A DNA stretch of 64,000 nucleotides, from NCBI GenBank assembly GCA_016235055.1, contig JACRMK010000066.1, forward strand, positions 3,728 to 67,727, given 5' to 3'. Both the position numbers and the translations under genes were made by a program. Origin of the DNA: Chloroflexota bacterium. Lineage in GTDB: Bacteria; Chloroflexota; Anaerolineae; JACRMK01. This document shows, in pieces, positions 1-9,395 of the stretch. The notes under the pieces are model-generated. The model worked only from the letters and a program-made list of their open reading frames with translations. It had not been told where the DNA came from and did not search any database. Numbering within the stretch: the stretch's first letter is position 1; the number at the start of each line of letters is the position of its first letter.

Positions 1-27
1 CGTGATTTCAGACATGGGTGGCGCCGG

Positions 28-831
28 CTACCGCAGGCCGAGCACCCAGAGGGCGTACAGCGTTACGGCGGGGAACGCATACATCATACTGTCGATCCGG
101 TCGAGCACGCCGCCGTGCCCGGGAATGGTGTAGCCGGCGTCCTTGACGCCGACCTGCCGCTTGATCAGGCTTTCGGCCAGATCGCCAAAGTCGCCGGCGA
201 CGACGACCAGCAGGCTCATCAGCACGACATGCCAGAGCGGGATGCCCGGCAGCCACAGCCAGCCGGTCAGCAGGCCGACCAGCACGCCCGCCACGCCGCC
301 GCCGAGCGCGCCTTCCCACGACTTCTTCGGGCTGATGCGCGGCGCCAGCCGCCGCCGGCCCCAGCGCACGCCGACCACATAGGCCGCCGAGTCGTTCATC
401 CAGGTCACGAACGCCGCCAGCGCGACCAGCGGCAGTCCGACCGGTTCGAGTTGCCGCAGCCGCAGCACCTGCGCCAGCAGCACGCCGATGTACAGCGCCC
501 CGGCCAGCGTCAATCCCCAGCCGCTCAACGCGCCGCTCAGGTCGGCCCGGCGCATCGGCAGCACCAGCGACAGCATCACCGCCAGCGGCAGGCCCCACTC
601 GACCAGATGATAGCCGGGGAACGCCGTGTCCGCCAGGATCAGCGCGATCAGCCCCGCGCCGAGCAGGCGCTGGGTCTGATGCCCGCCGTGGCGCGCCAGC
701 CCGTCATACTCGAACGCGGCGATGCCCGCCGCGCCCAGCACCAGCACGAAGAACGGGACGCCCCCGAAATATGCGGGGACGGTCACCAGCACAATGAGGA
801 TGGCGCCGCTGATATACCGCCGCAGGTCCAA
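28..831 (-). CDS. cdsA: phosphatidate cytidylyltransferase (CDP-diglyceride synthase)
   Basis: The ORF is polytopic and hydrophobic. The C-terminal signature SLIKRQVGVKDAGYTIPGHGGVLDRIDS matches the CdsA active-site motif. The N-terminus aligns with E. coli CdsA (MLKYRLIS), using a TTG start. It follows uppS in the conserved order. Confidence 0.85.
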   Translation of the reverse strand: MDLRRYISGAILIVLVTVPAYFGGVPFFVLVLGAAGIAAFEYDGLARHGGHQTQRLLGAGLIALILADTAFPGYHLVEWGLPLAVMLSLVLPMRRADLSGALSGWGLTLAGALYIGVLLAQVLRLRQLEPVGLPLVALAAFVTWMNDSAAYVVGVRWGRRRLAPRISPKKSWEGALGGGVAGVLVGLLTGWLWLPGIPLWHVVLMSLLVVVAGDFGDLAESLIKRQVGVKDAGYTIPGHGGVLDRIDSMMYAFPAVTLYALWVLGLR

Positions 832-860
832 CGCTGTCCTTTCTGTCGGGCCGGCAGCGG

Positions 861-1622
861 TCAGAGCTTGCGGTTAACAGGCTCGGCGGGCGCGCCGGCG
901 AGGATTTGTTCCTGCGTCTTGCCGAACTTGCGCACCCGCTGGTCGAACGCCTCAAGCGCGCGGATCAGTTCGGCCCGGTTGAAATCGGGCCAGTAGGTCG
1001 GGGTGCTGTAGAACTCGGCGTACGCGGCCTGCCAGATCAGGAAGTTGCTCAGCCGCATTTCGCCGGCCGTGCGGATCACCAGGTCCGGATCGGCCTGGCC
1101 GGCCGTGTACAGGTGACTGCTGATCGTCTCTTCGCTGATCTGCTCGAGCGGGATGCCCGCGGCCATGATCCGGCGCACGGCGTCGACGATCTCGGTGCGG
1201 CCGCCATAGTTGAAAGCCACGTTCAGCGTGATGCGCGTGTTGTTGCGGGTGAGCGCGATCGCCGCTTTGACCTGCTCCTGCAGGTTCGGCGCGAGGCCCT
1301 CCAGCCGCCCGATATGCCACAGCCTCACGCCGTTCTTGTGCAGGTCGTTCACCTCGCGCTTGAGCATCATTTCGAGGATGCCCAGCAAGCCCTGCACCTC
1401 GTCGGACGGCCGGCTCCAGTTTTCCGTGGAAAACGAATAGAGCGTCAGCGTCTGGATGCCGAATTCCGCGCACGCTTCCAGCACGCCGCGAATATTCTCT
1501 GTGCCCGCGCGATGGCCTTCCAGCCGGATGCGCCCGCGCTGCTGGGCCCAGCGGCCGTTGCCGTCCATGATGATCGCGACGTGATGCGGGACGCGCGAGA
1601 ATGTAGGCTGGTTGTCCGCCAT
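861..1622 (-). CDS. uppS: isoprenyl transferase / undecaprenyl-diphosphate synthase
   Basis: [13 protein letters not shown] and the C-terminal RFG motif are typical of cis-prenyltransferases. It sits between frr and cdsA in the conserved position. Confidence 0.9.
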   Translation of the reverse strand: MADNQPTFSRVPHHVAIIMDGNGRWAQQRGRIRLEGHRAGTENIRGVLEACAEFGIQTLTLYSFSTENWSRPSDEVQGLLGILEMMLKREVNDLHKNGVRLWHIGRLEGLAPNLQEQVKAAIALTRNNTRITLNVAFNYGGRTEIVDAVRRIMAAGIPLEQISEETISSHLYTAGQADPDLVIRTAGEMRLSNFLIWQAAYAEFYSTPTYWPDFNRAELIRALEAFDQRVRKFGKTQEQILAGAPAEPVNRKL

Positions 1623-1804
1623 CGTCTCACCTCGTCAGCCATTATGCCACTCAACAGATGAACGGTCAAACGCTTTGGCCGCTTTCCGGCGGCGACCGGG
1701 CCACAAACAAAGCAGGAGGTGGCAGACTCGCTGCCACCTCCTGCTCTCGCTTAACCCGCAAACTCAACGCCCGCACTGCTGTTCCCGGCGCACCCGCTCT
1801 CCCG

Positions 1805-1878
1805 GTTGGGATTTGGGCTTGGGAGTTGTCGTTGGGTTTTGGGATTTGGAAGTTGGGGGTTGGGGGTTGGGGTTTTCC
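1805..1878. repeat. degenerate tandem heptamer tract (CCCAAAT-type units read on the minus strand) in the frr-uppS intergenic region
   Basis: The tract TTGGGATTTGGG CTTGGG ... TTGGGGGTTGGGG is seen directly. The same unit type recurs at 21966-22066 and 48801-48832. Confidence 0.5.
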
Positions 1879-1880
1879 CC

Positions 1881-2438
1881 CTAGACTTCCATCAGTTCCT
1901 TTTCTTTGTCCTTGCCGACCTCATTGGCCTGCGCGATGAAGCGGTCGGTAATCTCCTGCAGTTGCTCGCGGCCGCGGCGGTGGTCGTCCTCGGAGATCAT
2001 CTTTTCCTTCTCCATCTCCTTCAGGTCGTCCATCGCATGGTGTCGGATGTTGCGGATGGCGATATGCGCCTCTTCGATGCGCTTGTGCACGCGCTTGACG
2101 AGGTCGCGGCGGCGCTCCTCAGTCAGCGGCGGGATCGGCAGGCGGATGATCTTGCCATCGTTGGCCGGCGTCAGCCCGAGGTCGGACTTCAAGATCGCGC
2201 GCTCGATCGCCGTCAACGTGCTGGCGTCAAACGGCCGGATCGTCAGCATGCGCGCCTCGGGCGCGGAGATGGTCGCCAGTTGGATCAGCGGCGCGGTCGC
2301 GCCGTACGCCTCGACCGCCAGCTCCTCGACCAGCGCCGGCGACGCGCGGCCGGTGCGAATCGTCGTGAGGTCGTGCTTGAGCGAGTCGATCGCCTTCTTC
2401 ATCTTGGCTTCTTCTTCGCGTACCAGGTCCTTGATCAT
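1881..2438 (-). CDS. frr: ribosome recycling factor
   Basis: Full-length similarity to RRF (…RTGRASPALVEEL…IRLPIPPLTEERRRDLVK…). A GGAGG RBS lies upstream. Confidence 0.9.
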   Translation of the reverse strand: MIKDLVREEEAKMKKAIDSLKHDLTTIRTGRASPALVEELAVEAYGATAPLIQLATISAPEARMLTIRPFDASTLTAIERAILKSDLGLTPANDGKIIRLPIPPLTEERRRDLVKRVHKRIEEAHIAIRNIRHHAMDDLKEMEKEKMISEDDHRRGREQLQEITDRFIAQANEVGKDKEKELMEV

Positions 2439-2485
2439 CGTCTCCTCCGGTCACATTCGGCCCCCCCGCAGGTCGGCCCGTGTCC

Positions 2486-3199
2486 CTAGCATACAAGGGT
2501 TCCGATTTTTTCGCCAAAAACAACCTTGTCCACGCTGCCCGGCTCCCACAGGTCCACGACGATGATCGGCATCTGGTGCTCCATGCACAGCGAGATCGCC
2601 GTGACGTCCATCACGCCGACGCGCAGGTTGAGCGCGTCCATATACGACATCTGCTCGAACCGCTGCGCGTTCGGGTTGATGCGCGGGTCCTCCGCATAGA
2701 TGGCGTCCACTTTGGTTGCCTTGATGAACACGTCGGCCTTGATCTCGTTGGCGCGCAGCGCGCCGGCCGTGTCCGTGGTGAAGTACGGGTTGCCGGTGCC
2801 CGCGCCGAAGATGACCACGCGCCCTTTCTCCAGGTGGCGGATGGCGCGGCCGCGAATGTACGGCTCGGCCACCGAGCGCATCTCGATCGCGGTCTGCACG
2901 CGCGAGGGCACGTCGAACTGGTTGAGCGCGTCCTGCAGCGCCAGCGCGTTCATCACGGTAGCCAGCATGCCGATATGGTCGGCCGGGACGCGGTCCATGC
3001 CGAGCGCGGCGCCGTCCTTGCCGCGCCAGACGTTGCCGCCGCCGATCAGGATCGCCGTCTGCACGCCGAGCGAGCAGATGTGCTTGATCGTGTTGGCGAC
3101 GCGACGCGCGCTCTCCGGATCGATGCCGAAGCCGCCCTTGCCCGCCAGCGCCTCGCCGCCCAGCTTGAGCAGGATTCGCTTGTATTTTAGTTCACGCAC
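2486..3199 (-). CDS. pyrH: UMP kinase
   Basis: [12 protein letters not shown] glycine-rich loop and an amino-acid kinase fold. It has a GTG start preceded by GAGGAG. Confidence 0.9.
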   Translation of the reverse strand: MRELKYKRILLKLGGEALAGKGGFGIDPESARRVANTIKHICSLGVQTAILIGGGNVWRGKDGAALGMDRVPADHIGMLATVMNALALQDALNQFDVPSRVQTAIEMRSVAEPYIRGRAIRHLEKGRVVIFGAGTGNPYFTTDTAGALRANEIKADVFIKATKVDAIYAEDPRINPNAQRFEQMSYMDALNLRVGVMDVTAISLCMEHQMPIIVVDLWEPGSVDKVVFGEKIGTLVC

Positions 3200-3295
3200 A
3201 CGGACTCCTCGCGCGCAAGCGCAAAAAACGGGCCACCGGCCAGATGGAGCATGGCGCCCCGCTGTACCCGTGACCCGGCAGGCCCCAGGGCCATC

Positions 3296-4150
3296 TCAGT
3301 CGCCGAGTTCAAAACGGACGAAGCGTTTGACCTGCACCGCCTCGCCCAACTGCCCGCTCGCCTGCTTGATCAGAGCCGCGATCTTGACCTTGTCGTCGCG
3401 GATGAACGGCTGGTTGAGCAGGCACGCGTCCTCGTAGAACTTTTGCAGCTTGCCATCGATGATGCGCTCGATCACGTTCGCCGGCTTCTTCTCCTCGGCC
3501 AGTTGCGCGCGGTAGATGGCGCGCTCGGACTCGATCACGCCGGCCGGCACGTCCTCCGGGCGCACATACACCGGCTTGATCGCCGCGATCTGCAGCGCGA
3601 TGTCGTGCGCCAGCGCCTTGAACGCGGCGGACTGCGCCTTCTCGCTGGTCTGCGCGCTCAGCTCGACGAGCACGGCCACGCGCCCGCCCGCATGCACGTA
3701 CACTTCCAGCGCGCTGGCGCCCTCGCCCACGTCGTAGCGGGCGATGCGCCGCACCTGGATATTCTCGCCGAGCTGGGCGATCGCGGACTTGATCTGCTCC
3801 ACGTTCGGCATGTCGGCCGCTGTCGCGTACGGCGGGTTGGCGTCAAACACCTGCCCGGCCAGATCGGCGGCCAGGGCGCGGAAAGCGTCGGTGCGCGCCA
3901 CGAAATCGGTTTCGCAGTTGACTTCGACCAGCACGCCGCGCTTGCCGTCGGCGCCGACGCGCGCTTCGATGACGCCGTCTTTGGCCTCGCGCTCCGCCTT
4001 CTTGGCGGCGCGCGCCAGGCCCTTCTCGCGCAGCAGGTCGATGGCGCGCTGCATATCGCCCTGTGTGTCCTGCAGAGCCTTCTTGCTGTCGAGGATGCCC
4101 GCGCCGGTGCGCTGGCGCAACTCCTTGACCATCTCCGTCGTAATTTCCAT
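3296..4150 (-). CDS. tsf: translation elongation factor Ts
   Basis: N-terminal UBA-like MVKELRQRTGAGILDSKKAL is the EF-Ts signature. It is adjacent to rpsB. Confidence 0.9.
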   Translation of the reverse strand: MEITTEMVKELRQRTGAGILDSKKALQDTQGDMQRAIDLLREKGLARAAKKAEREAKDGVIEARVGADGKRGVLVEVNCETDFVARTDAFRALAADLAGQVFDANPPYATAADMPNVEQIKSAIAQLGENIQVRRIARYDVGEGASALEVYVHAGGRVAVLVELSAQTSEKAQSAAFKALAHDIALQIAAIKPVYVRPEDVPAGVIESERAIYRAQLAEEKKPANVIERIIDGKLQKFYEDACLLNQPFIRDDKVKIAALIKQASGQLGEAVQVKRFVRFELGD

Positions 4151-4224
4151 CGGGGGCTACTCCTCTAATGTTTGGCACTCACCATGAGGGGCGTAGTACT
4201 CTACGCCCCTCGCTGTGATTTCGC

Positions 4225-5091
4225 TTATGACAGGTCGTCGGCTACGTCTTCGGGGTCCGGTTCGAACACGGTGCCGTAGGTGCGGCTGCCCGCCACGGCC
4301 GGTTCGCCCTCGGCCGCGGGCGTCTCGCTGGTGGCGGCCTGGGCCTCGGCGACGGCTGCGGCGGCCTCGGCCGCGGGCGTCTGGTCGCGCTCCGGCGCGA
4401 CGGCGGCGCGCATCTGCGTGCCCTCGATACAGGCATCGGCCATTTTGCCGCACAGCAACTGCACGGCGCGGATGGCGTCGTCGTTGGCCGGAATCACGTA
4501 GTCGATCGGATCGGGGTCCGAGTTGGTGTCGACCATCGCCGCGACCGGAATGCCGAGCGATTTGGCTTCCTTGACGGCGAGCACTTCGCGGCGCGTGTCA
4601 ATCACAAACAGCAGGTCGGGCAGCTTCGTCATCGTCTTGATGCCGCCCAAGCGCATGTTCAGGCGCGTCATCTCGCGCTCGATCAGCAACTGTTCCTTCT
4701 TGGTCAGGCGCTCCAGATCGCCAAGCTGCTTGCGCGTCTCCAGATTGATCAGGTGGTCAATCCGCTTGCGAATGGTGACAAAGTTGGTCAGCGTGCCGCC
4801 GAGCCAGCGCTGGCTGACGTACGGCATGGACGCACGGGTGGACTCGGTGGCCACGATATCCTGCGCCTGCTTCTTCGTGCCAACGAACAGCACGGTGCCG
4901 CCTTTGCCAATCGTGTCGCGCACGGCCTCGTAGGCCTTGTCGAGACGCGACATCGTCTGCTGCAGGTCGATAATGTGGACGCCGTTGCGCTCGGTGAAGA
5001 TGTAGGTGCGCATCTTCGGGTTCCAGCGGCCGGTCTTGTGGCCGAAGTGGACGCCCGCCTCGAGCAGCGACTTCATGGATGTAACAGGCAT
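4225..5091 (-). CDS. rpsB: 30S ribosomal protein S2
   Basis: [27 protein letters not shown] aligns with E. coli S2 ([27 protein letters not shown]). The start was trimmed from the track ORF to ATG at 5091 and is frame-consistent. Confidence 0.9.
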   Translation of the reverse strand: MPVTSMKSLLEAGVHFGHKTGRWNPKMRTYIFTERNGVHIIDLQQTMSRLDKAYEAVRDTIGKGGTVLFVGTKKQAQDIVATESTRASMPYVSQRWLGGTLTNFVTIRKRIDHLINLETRKQLGDLERLTKKEQLLIEREMTRLNMRLGGIKTMTKLPDLLFVIDTRREVLAVKEAKSLGIPVAAMVDTNSDPDPIDYVIPANDDAIRAVQLLCGKMADACIEGTQMRAAVAPERDQTPAAEAAAAVAEAQAATSETPAAEGEPAVAGSRTYGTVFEPDPEDVADDLS

Positions 5092-5280
5092 GGGTACTCC
5101 GTCTCCTTGTTTTGGTCCTCCACCCCACATGGCGCACTGTCCCGGGGTGCGGGACGAGGCGACAAGGATGCGTGGCGGTGTGAGAAATGATCTGCCGAAC
5201 GGTGATTATATAGATCAAGGGGCGAATCCCCAAATGGCGGCTAGTCGCTAGTTGCTAGTTGCTAGCAGCTAGTCGCGATT

Positions 5281-5308
5281 TTGACATCTGCCCGGTCACA
5301 GATATAAT
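5281..5308 (+). promoter_or_regulatory. sigma70-type promoter (TTGACA-N16-TATAAT) driving the tRNA
   Basis: Both hexamers are exact consensus. The -10 box ends ~20 nt upstream of the tRNA 5' end. Confidence 0.5.
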
Positions 5309-5327
5309 ACTTTTCGCATGTCCGCAT

Positions 5328-5401
5328 GCGCCCGTAGCTCAGTTGGATAGAGCGTTGGGTTGCGGACCCAAAGGCCACAGATTCGAGTTCTGTCGGGCGC
5401 A
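5328..5401 (+). tRNA. tRNA-Arg. Anticodon loop reads TTGCGGA, so the anticodon is GCG; this needs tRNAscan confirmation.
   Basis: It is 74 nt with a perfect 7-bp acceptor stem GCGCCCG/CGGGCGC, a D-arm GCTCAGTTGGATAGAGC (Arg-like), an anticodon stem TTGGG/CCCAA, and a T-arm ACAGA-TTCGAGT-TCTGT. There is no encoded CCA. Confidence 0.8.
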
Positions 5402-5603
5402 TCGCGCAGCGGCGCTACCGGTTTTCCGGTAGCGCCGTTTGCTTTCCCTCCGTTGCGACCTCGGATGCGCCGGTGCACATTCGTGTGCGTTCTCCCCCTG
5501 GATCGCCTTGCCTGCGGCTCGCCAGCCGGTGGTAGAATAACCACACTGGACGATCGCAGGTTTTCGGCGCCGCCGCACAATTACTGAAAAGGCCGGTGTC
5601 TCC

Positions 5604-6980
5604 ATGACTGAGCCACAACTCCTCTCATTCCCCAGGGACTTCGTGTGGGGCGCCGGTTCCTCGGCGTACCAGATCGAAGGCGCGGCGCGAGAGGACGGGC
5701 GCGCGCCGTCCGTCTGGGACACGTTCGCGCGCCGGCGCGGCCGCGTCCGCAACGGCGAAACGGGCGACGCTGCCTGCGACCATTATCACCGCTGGGCCGA
5801 CGACATTCAAGTAATGAAGCGGCTCGGTCTTAAGGCGTACCGTTTTTCGGTCGCCTGGCCGCGCATTTTGCCTCAGGGGCGCGGCGCCGTCAACGCGGCC
5901 GGCCTCGACTTCTACGAGCGGCTGGTCGACGGATTGCTGGCGGCCGGCATCGAGCCGCTGCTGACGCTGTACCACTGGGACCTGCCGCAGCCGCTGCAGG
6001 ACGCGGGCGGCTGGCCCAAACGCGACACGGCGCGCTACTTCGCCGACTATGCCACGGTGGTCGCCGCGCGGCTGGGTGACCGCGTGGAAACCTGGATCAC
6101 GCAGAACGAGCCGTGGGTGCACGCTCTGGTCGGCCACCTGTACGGCGAGCACGCGCCCGGCCGGCGCAACCCGTTCGCGGCGCTGGCGGCACTCCATCAC
6201 CTGCTGCTCTCGCATGGCTACGCCGTGCCGGCCATCCGCAGCGCCGTGCGCCGGCCAGTCAAGGTTGGCATCGCACTGAACCTGACCCCGGTCTATCCCG
6301 CCAGCCCCGGCGGCCGGGACCGGAAGGCCATGCGTTTCAGCGACAACTTCCTCAACCGCCTCGCGCTCGAACCGGTGCTCAAGGGGCAGTATCCCGGCGA
6401 TTTCACCGGCTCGCGCATCTGGCGCTGGCTGACGCGCGGCGTGATCCAGCCGGACGACCTGAAGACGATCGGGGTCCCGATCGATTTCCTGGGCATCAAC
6501 TACTATTACCGCACCGTCATGCGCTACGCGCCGATCGTGCAGTCTGTGCCGGTCTTTCCGAAAGAGAACGAGTACACCGAGATGTGGGAAATCTACCCGA
6601 CGGGCCTGTACGACCTGCTGATGCGCGTCCGGCGCGATTACCCGCCGGTCGATATCGTGATCACGGAAAACGGCGCGGCCGTGCCGGATCGACTCGAGCC
6701 CGACGGGCGCGTCCACGATACACGCCGTATCCGCTACCTGCGCGATCACGTCGTGCAACTCCATCGCGCCATGTCGGACGGCGTGCCGGTGCGCGGCTAC
6801 GTGGTCTGGTCGCTCATGGACAACTTCGAGTGGGCGCTCGGCTACGCCAAACGCTTTGGGCTGGTGTACGTCGATTATGCGACGCAGGCGCGCATTCTCA
6901 AGGACAGCGCGCTGTGGTATGCGCAGGTCATGTGGCAGGGTGGCGTTGATCCGCGCAGCGAGCAAGCGCCGGCCGGGTAG
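5604..6980 (+). CDS. GH1 beta-glucosidase
   Basis: FVWGAGSSAYQIEGA is present, along with TQNEPW (acid/base) and ITENGA (nucleophile), the family 1 glycoside hydrolase signatures. Confidence 0.9.
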   Translation: MTEPQLLSFPRDFVWGAGSSAYQIEGAAREDGRAPSVWDTFARRRGRVRNGETGDAACDHYHRWADDIQVMKRLGLKAYRFSVAWPRILPQGRGAVNAAGLDFYERLVDGLLAAGIEPLLTLYHWDLPQPLQDAGGWPKRDTARYFADYATVVAARLGDRVETWITQNEPWVHALVGHLYGEHAPGRRNPFAALAALHHLLLSHGYAVPAIRSAVRRPVKVGIALNLTPVYPASPGGRDRKAMRFSDNFLNRLALEPVLKGQYPGDFTGSRIWRWLTRGVIQPDDLKTIGVPIDFLGINYYYRTVMRYAPIVQSVPVFPKENEYTEMWEIYPTGLYDLLMRVRRDYPPVDIVITENGAAVPDRLEPDGRVHDTRRIRYLRDHVVQLHRAMSDGVPVRGYVVWSLMDNFEWALGYAKRFGLVYVDYATQARILKDSALWYAQVMWQGGVDPRSEQAPAG

Positions 6981-7024
6981 ATCGCGCGGGTCGCCCACGC
7001 CGGCGCGCGACACGCCAAAGCAAA

Positions 7025-7061
7025 CCTCCCGCCATACGCCGACAAGGCGTATGGCGGGAGG
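7025..7061. terminator. bidirectional hairpin terminator between the convergent GH1 and lectin genes
   Basis: A perfect 16-bp stem CCTCCCGCCATACGCC/GGCGTATGGCGGGAGG with loop GACAA. T-rich tracts flank it on both strands. Confidence 0.6.
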
Positions 7062-7109
7062 CCTGTGCATTTCAGCGGCTCATCCGGCCGCGCTTGCGCT
7101 GTGCGCCGG

Positions 7110-8249
7110 TTATTTCTTGAACCACAACTCGTGAATGATATTGTCCGCGCCGCGGTACACGACGTGCTGCGAGTGGTCGCCTTCCCAGGCAAAGGCCACC
7201 GGATCGCTGTCGGCGGCCGGCGCGCCCGCCATGCGGTTGATCGCTGCGCCATACTTCCACGATCCGCCGGTGATCCCCTTCGAGAACCACAACTCGTGCA
7301 CCTGCTTGTCCTGCCCGCGATAGACGATGTGCATTGTCTTGTCGTTTTCCCAGGAATAGCCCCACGGCATGCCGTCGGCCAGTGGCGCGCCGGTCTTGGC
7401 GCTGATCGCGCCGCCGTTCTTCCACTGCCCGCCCGATGACTTGGTAAACCAGAGCTCGTTGATCTGGTTGTCCGGCGCCCGGTAGATCACGTGCTGGGTG
7501 TGGTCGGCTTCCCAGGCGAAGCCCATCGCATCGCTGGCCGCCCCTGAGCCGCCGGCCTTGCCGTTGATCGCGCCGCCGCGCTTCCACTCGCCGCCGCGCA
7601 TGCCTTTGGTGAACCAGAGTTCGTGGATATCGTTGTCGGTGCCGCGGTAGATGATGTGCTGCGAGTGGTCATGCTCCCAAACGAAGCCCGCGACGTCGCC
7701 CGCCACCGCGGGTGACGCGATCGTGGCGTTGATGGCGCCGCCATACTTCCACTGGCCGCCGCCGTCTTTGGTGAACCACAACTCGTGCACGTTGCCCTCG
7801 ACACCGCGGTAGACGACGTGCATCGTATGGTCGTCTTCCCACGTGAAGCCAAACGGGTCGCCTGCCGCAGCCGGCGCGCCGGCCTTCTGCGATACCGCGC
7901 CGCCGTACTGCCACTTCGGGTTGTTCCCGCCGGCCTTGAACCACAACTCGTGGATTTCGTTGTCCGTCCCGCGATAGACGACGTGCTGAGTCCCGTCATG
8001 TTCCCACGCGAAACCGTGCGGGTCGCCCGCAGCCGCCGGTGCGCCGGCAATCGTGCTGAGCGCGCCGCCATAGGTCCACTTCGGGTTGCGGCCACCCTTC
8101 TTGAACCACAGCTCGTGAATCTGGTTGTCCACGCCCTTATACACGACGTGCTGTGTGTGATCAGCCTCCCATGCATAGGCGCCGGGCTGTCCAGTCGCGG
8201 CCGGGCCGCCGGCCTCATGGCTGATCGGGTTGTGTTTCCAGTTGGGCAT
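7110..8249 (-). CDS. seven-bladed beta-propeller lectin-like protein (PLL/PVL-type repeats)
   Basis: Seven ~47-aa repeats each carry H(V/I)(V/I)YRGxDNxIHELWF plus a conserved W...G segment. No signal peptide is evident. A GGAGGAG RBS is present. Confidence 0.6.
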   Translation of the reverse strand: MPNWKHNPISHEAGGPAATGQPGAYAWEADHTQHVVYKGVDNQIHELWFKKGGRNPKWTYGGALSTIAGAPAAAGDPHGFAWEHDGTQHVVYRGTDNEIHELWFKAGGNNPKWQYGGAVSQKAGAPAAAGDPFGFTWEDDHTMHVVYRGVEGNVHELWFTKDGGGQWKYGGAINATIASPAVAGDVAGFVWEHDHSQHIIYRGTDNDIHELWFTKGMRGGEWKRGGAINGKAGGSGAASDAMGFAWEADHTQHVIYRAPDNQINELWFTKSSGGQWKNGGAISAKTGAPLADGMPWGYSWENDKTMHIVYRGQDKQVHELWFSKGITGGSWKYGAAINRMAGAPAADSDPVAFAWEGDHSQHVVYRGADNIIHELWFKK

Positions 8250-8360
8250 AATGGCTCCTCCGGTAGTCTGTCACTGCGGCGGCGCTCCGCGCCGCTCACC
8301 GAATGCAATGAATCTATGTGAAAATTGGCCGGCTGTCAATGCCGGACTGCGCCCGGCGGC

Positions 8361-9233
8361 TCAGTCCGGGTAGCTCGCGTACCACTCCCGGCGCGCCTCG
8401 AAATCATCCGGATAGAGCGTGACCTTGGCGGGTGCGAACTCGAAATCGAAGCCCTCGCGGGCAATCGTGTCGCAGATCGGGCCGGCATCGAAACGATAAC
8501 CGCTGAAGCGCCCGGGCGGCTGAGCCGCCAGCCAGACATACCCCGCGCCCAGCGCGACCGGGTCCGCCCAGCGCGCCTTCTCCTCAGTCGGCAGATGGTC
8601 AAACTCATTCCATGTGATGCGGGTTGTCTTGATCGGCTTACCCGGCCCCATGGTGTTGACCGCGATCCGGTCGGGCGCCGCTTCGAGCGATAGCGCTTTC
8701 ACGAACCCTTCCTGAGCGTGCTTGCCCGTGCAGTAGGTGACCTCGTCCTTGAAGCCACGGAAGCTCGAACCGCTGGCGACCCCAATGATGTGACCGCCGC
8801 CCTGCCGTTTCATCGCCGGCCAGACGGCCCGCGCGCCGTTGAACAGCCCGCCCAGGCTGACGTGCAACTGCCGCCACCAGAGGTCGAGTGTTGTGTCCTC
8901 GAAGCGCACCAGCGGCATCAGGATGGCGCAGTGCACCAGCACGTCGAGCCGTCCCCAGCGCGTAAGCACCCGTTCGACAACCGCTTGAAACGCCGCCGGG
9001 TCGCTGACATCCAGCAGCTCGGTCGCGCCGGTGCCGCCGTCGGCCTGCAGATCGCGGCCCGTGCGAGCCAGCTCAGCCGCGTCGATATCCGTGGCGCACA
9101 CGCACGCGCCGGCCAGTCCACATGCGCGCGCGATGCCCCAGCCCAGTCCCCGGCCAGCGCCGGTCACCAGTACCACACGCTCTTTCAATACGGTATTGCC
9201 TGTATGGCTCATCATAGCCTCCGGACGCATCAT
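8361..9233 (-). CDS. SDR-family oxidoreductase with a ~100-aa C-terminal extension
   Basis: VVLVTGAGRGLGWGIA Rossmann motif and an NNAG-like/YxxxK region. The exact start among the MMRPEAMM alternatives is uncertain. Confidence 0.8.
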   Translation of the reverse strand: MMRPEAMMSHTGNTVLKERVVLVTGAGRGLGWGIARACGLAGACVCATDIDAAELARTGRDLQADGGTGATELLDVSDPAAFQAVVERVLTRWGRLDVLVHCAILMPLVRFEDTTLDLWWRQLHVSLGGLFNGARAVWPAMKRQGGGHIIGVASGSSFRGFKDEVTYCTGKHAQEGFVKALSLEAAPDRIAVNTMGPGKPIKTTRITWNEFDHLPTEEKARWADPVALGAGYVWLAAQPPGRFSGYRFDAGPICDTIAREGFDFEFAPAKVTLYPDDFEARREWYASYPD

Positions 9234-9341
9234 ACCACAATTGCAGCGGGCCGCCGATCACGCAAGGGCAAAACAGACGAGCCGCCGTCTTTAACCATGT
9301 GGGAACCGCTGCGACCTGGGCGGCGCGTCAACGCCGCTCAT

Positions 9342-9376
9342 AAAAAAAACGCCCGGCGTTTTTCGCCGGGCGTTTG
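9342..9376 (-). terminator. rho-independent terminator downstream of the GH2 gene
   Basis: On the minus strand, AAACGCCCGGCG-AAAAA-CGCCGGGCGTTT is followed by TTTTTTTAT. Confidence 0.7.
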
Positions 9377-9395
9377 AGTTCGTTCGAGCGCAACG

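Noticed and set aside
115-996. Long ORFs on the opposite strand or in alternate frames of clear genes (e.g. 115..996+, 906..1661+, 9486..10817+, 59199..59912+, 62569..63498+, 23614..24807-).
   Set aside because: These are typical open frames in ~68% GC DNA. They have no motifs, are Arg/Ala/Pro-rich, and are fully overlapped by well-supported genes.
3200-3295. Terminator or attenuator between tsf and pyrH (GGCC-GGT-GGCC followed by TTTTTT on the minus strand).
   Set aside because: Only a 4-bp stem can be drawn. This is too weak to call, although the T6 run is real.
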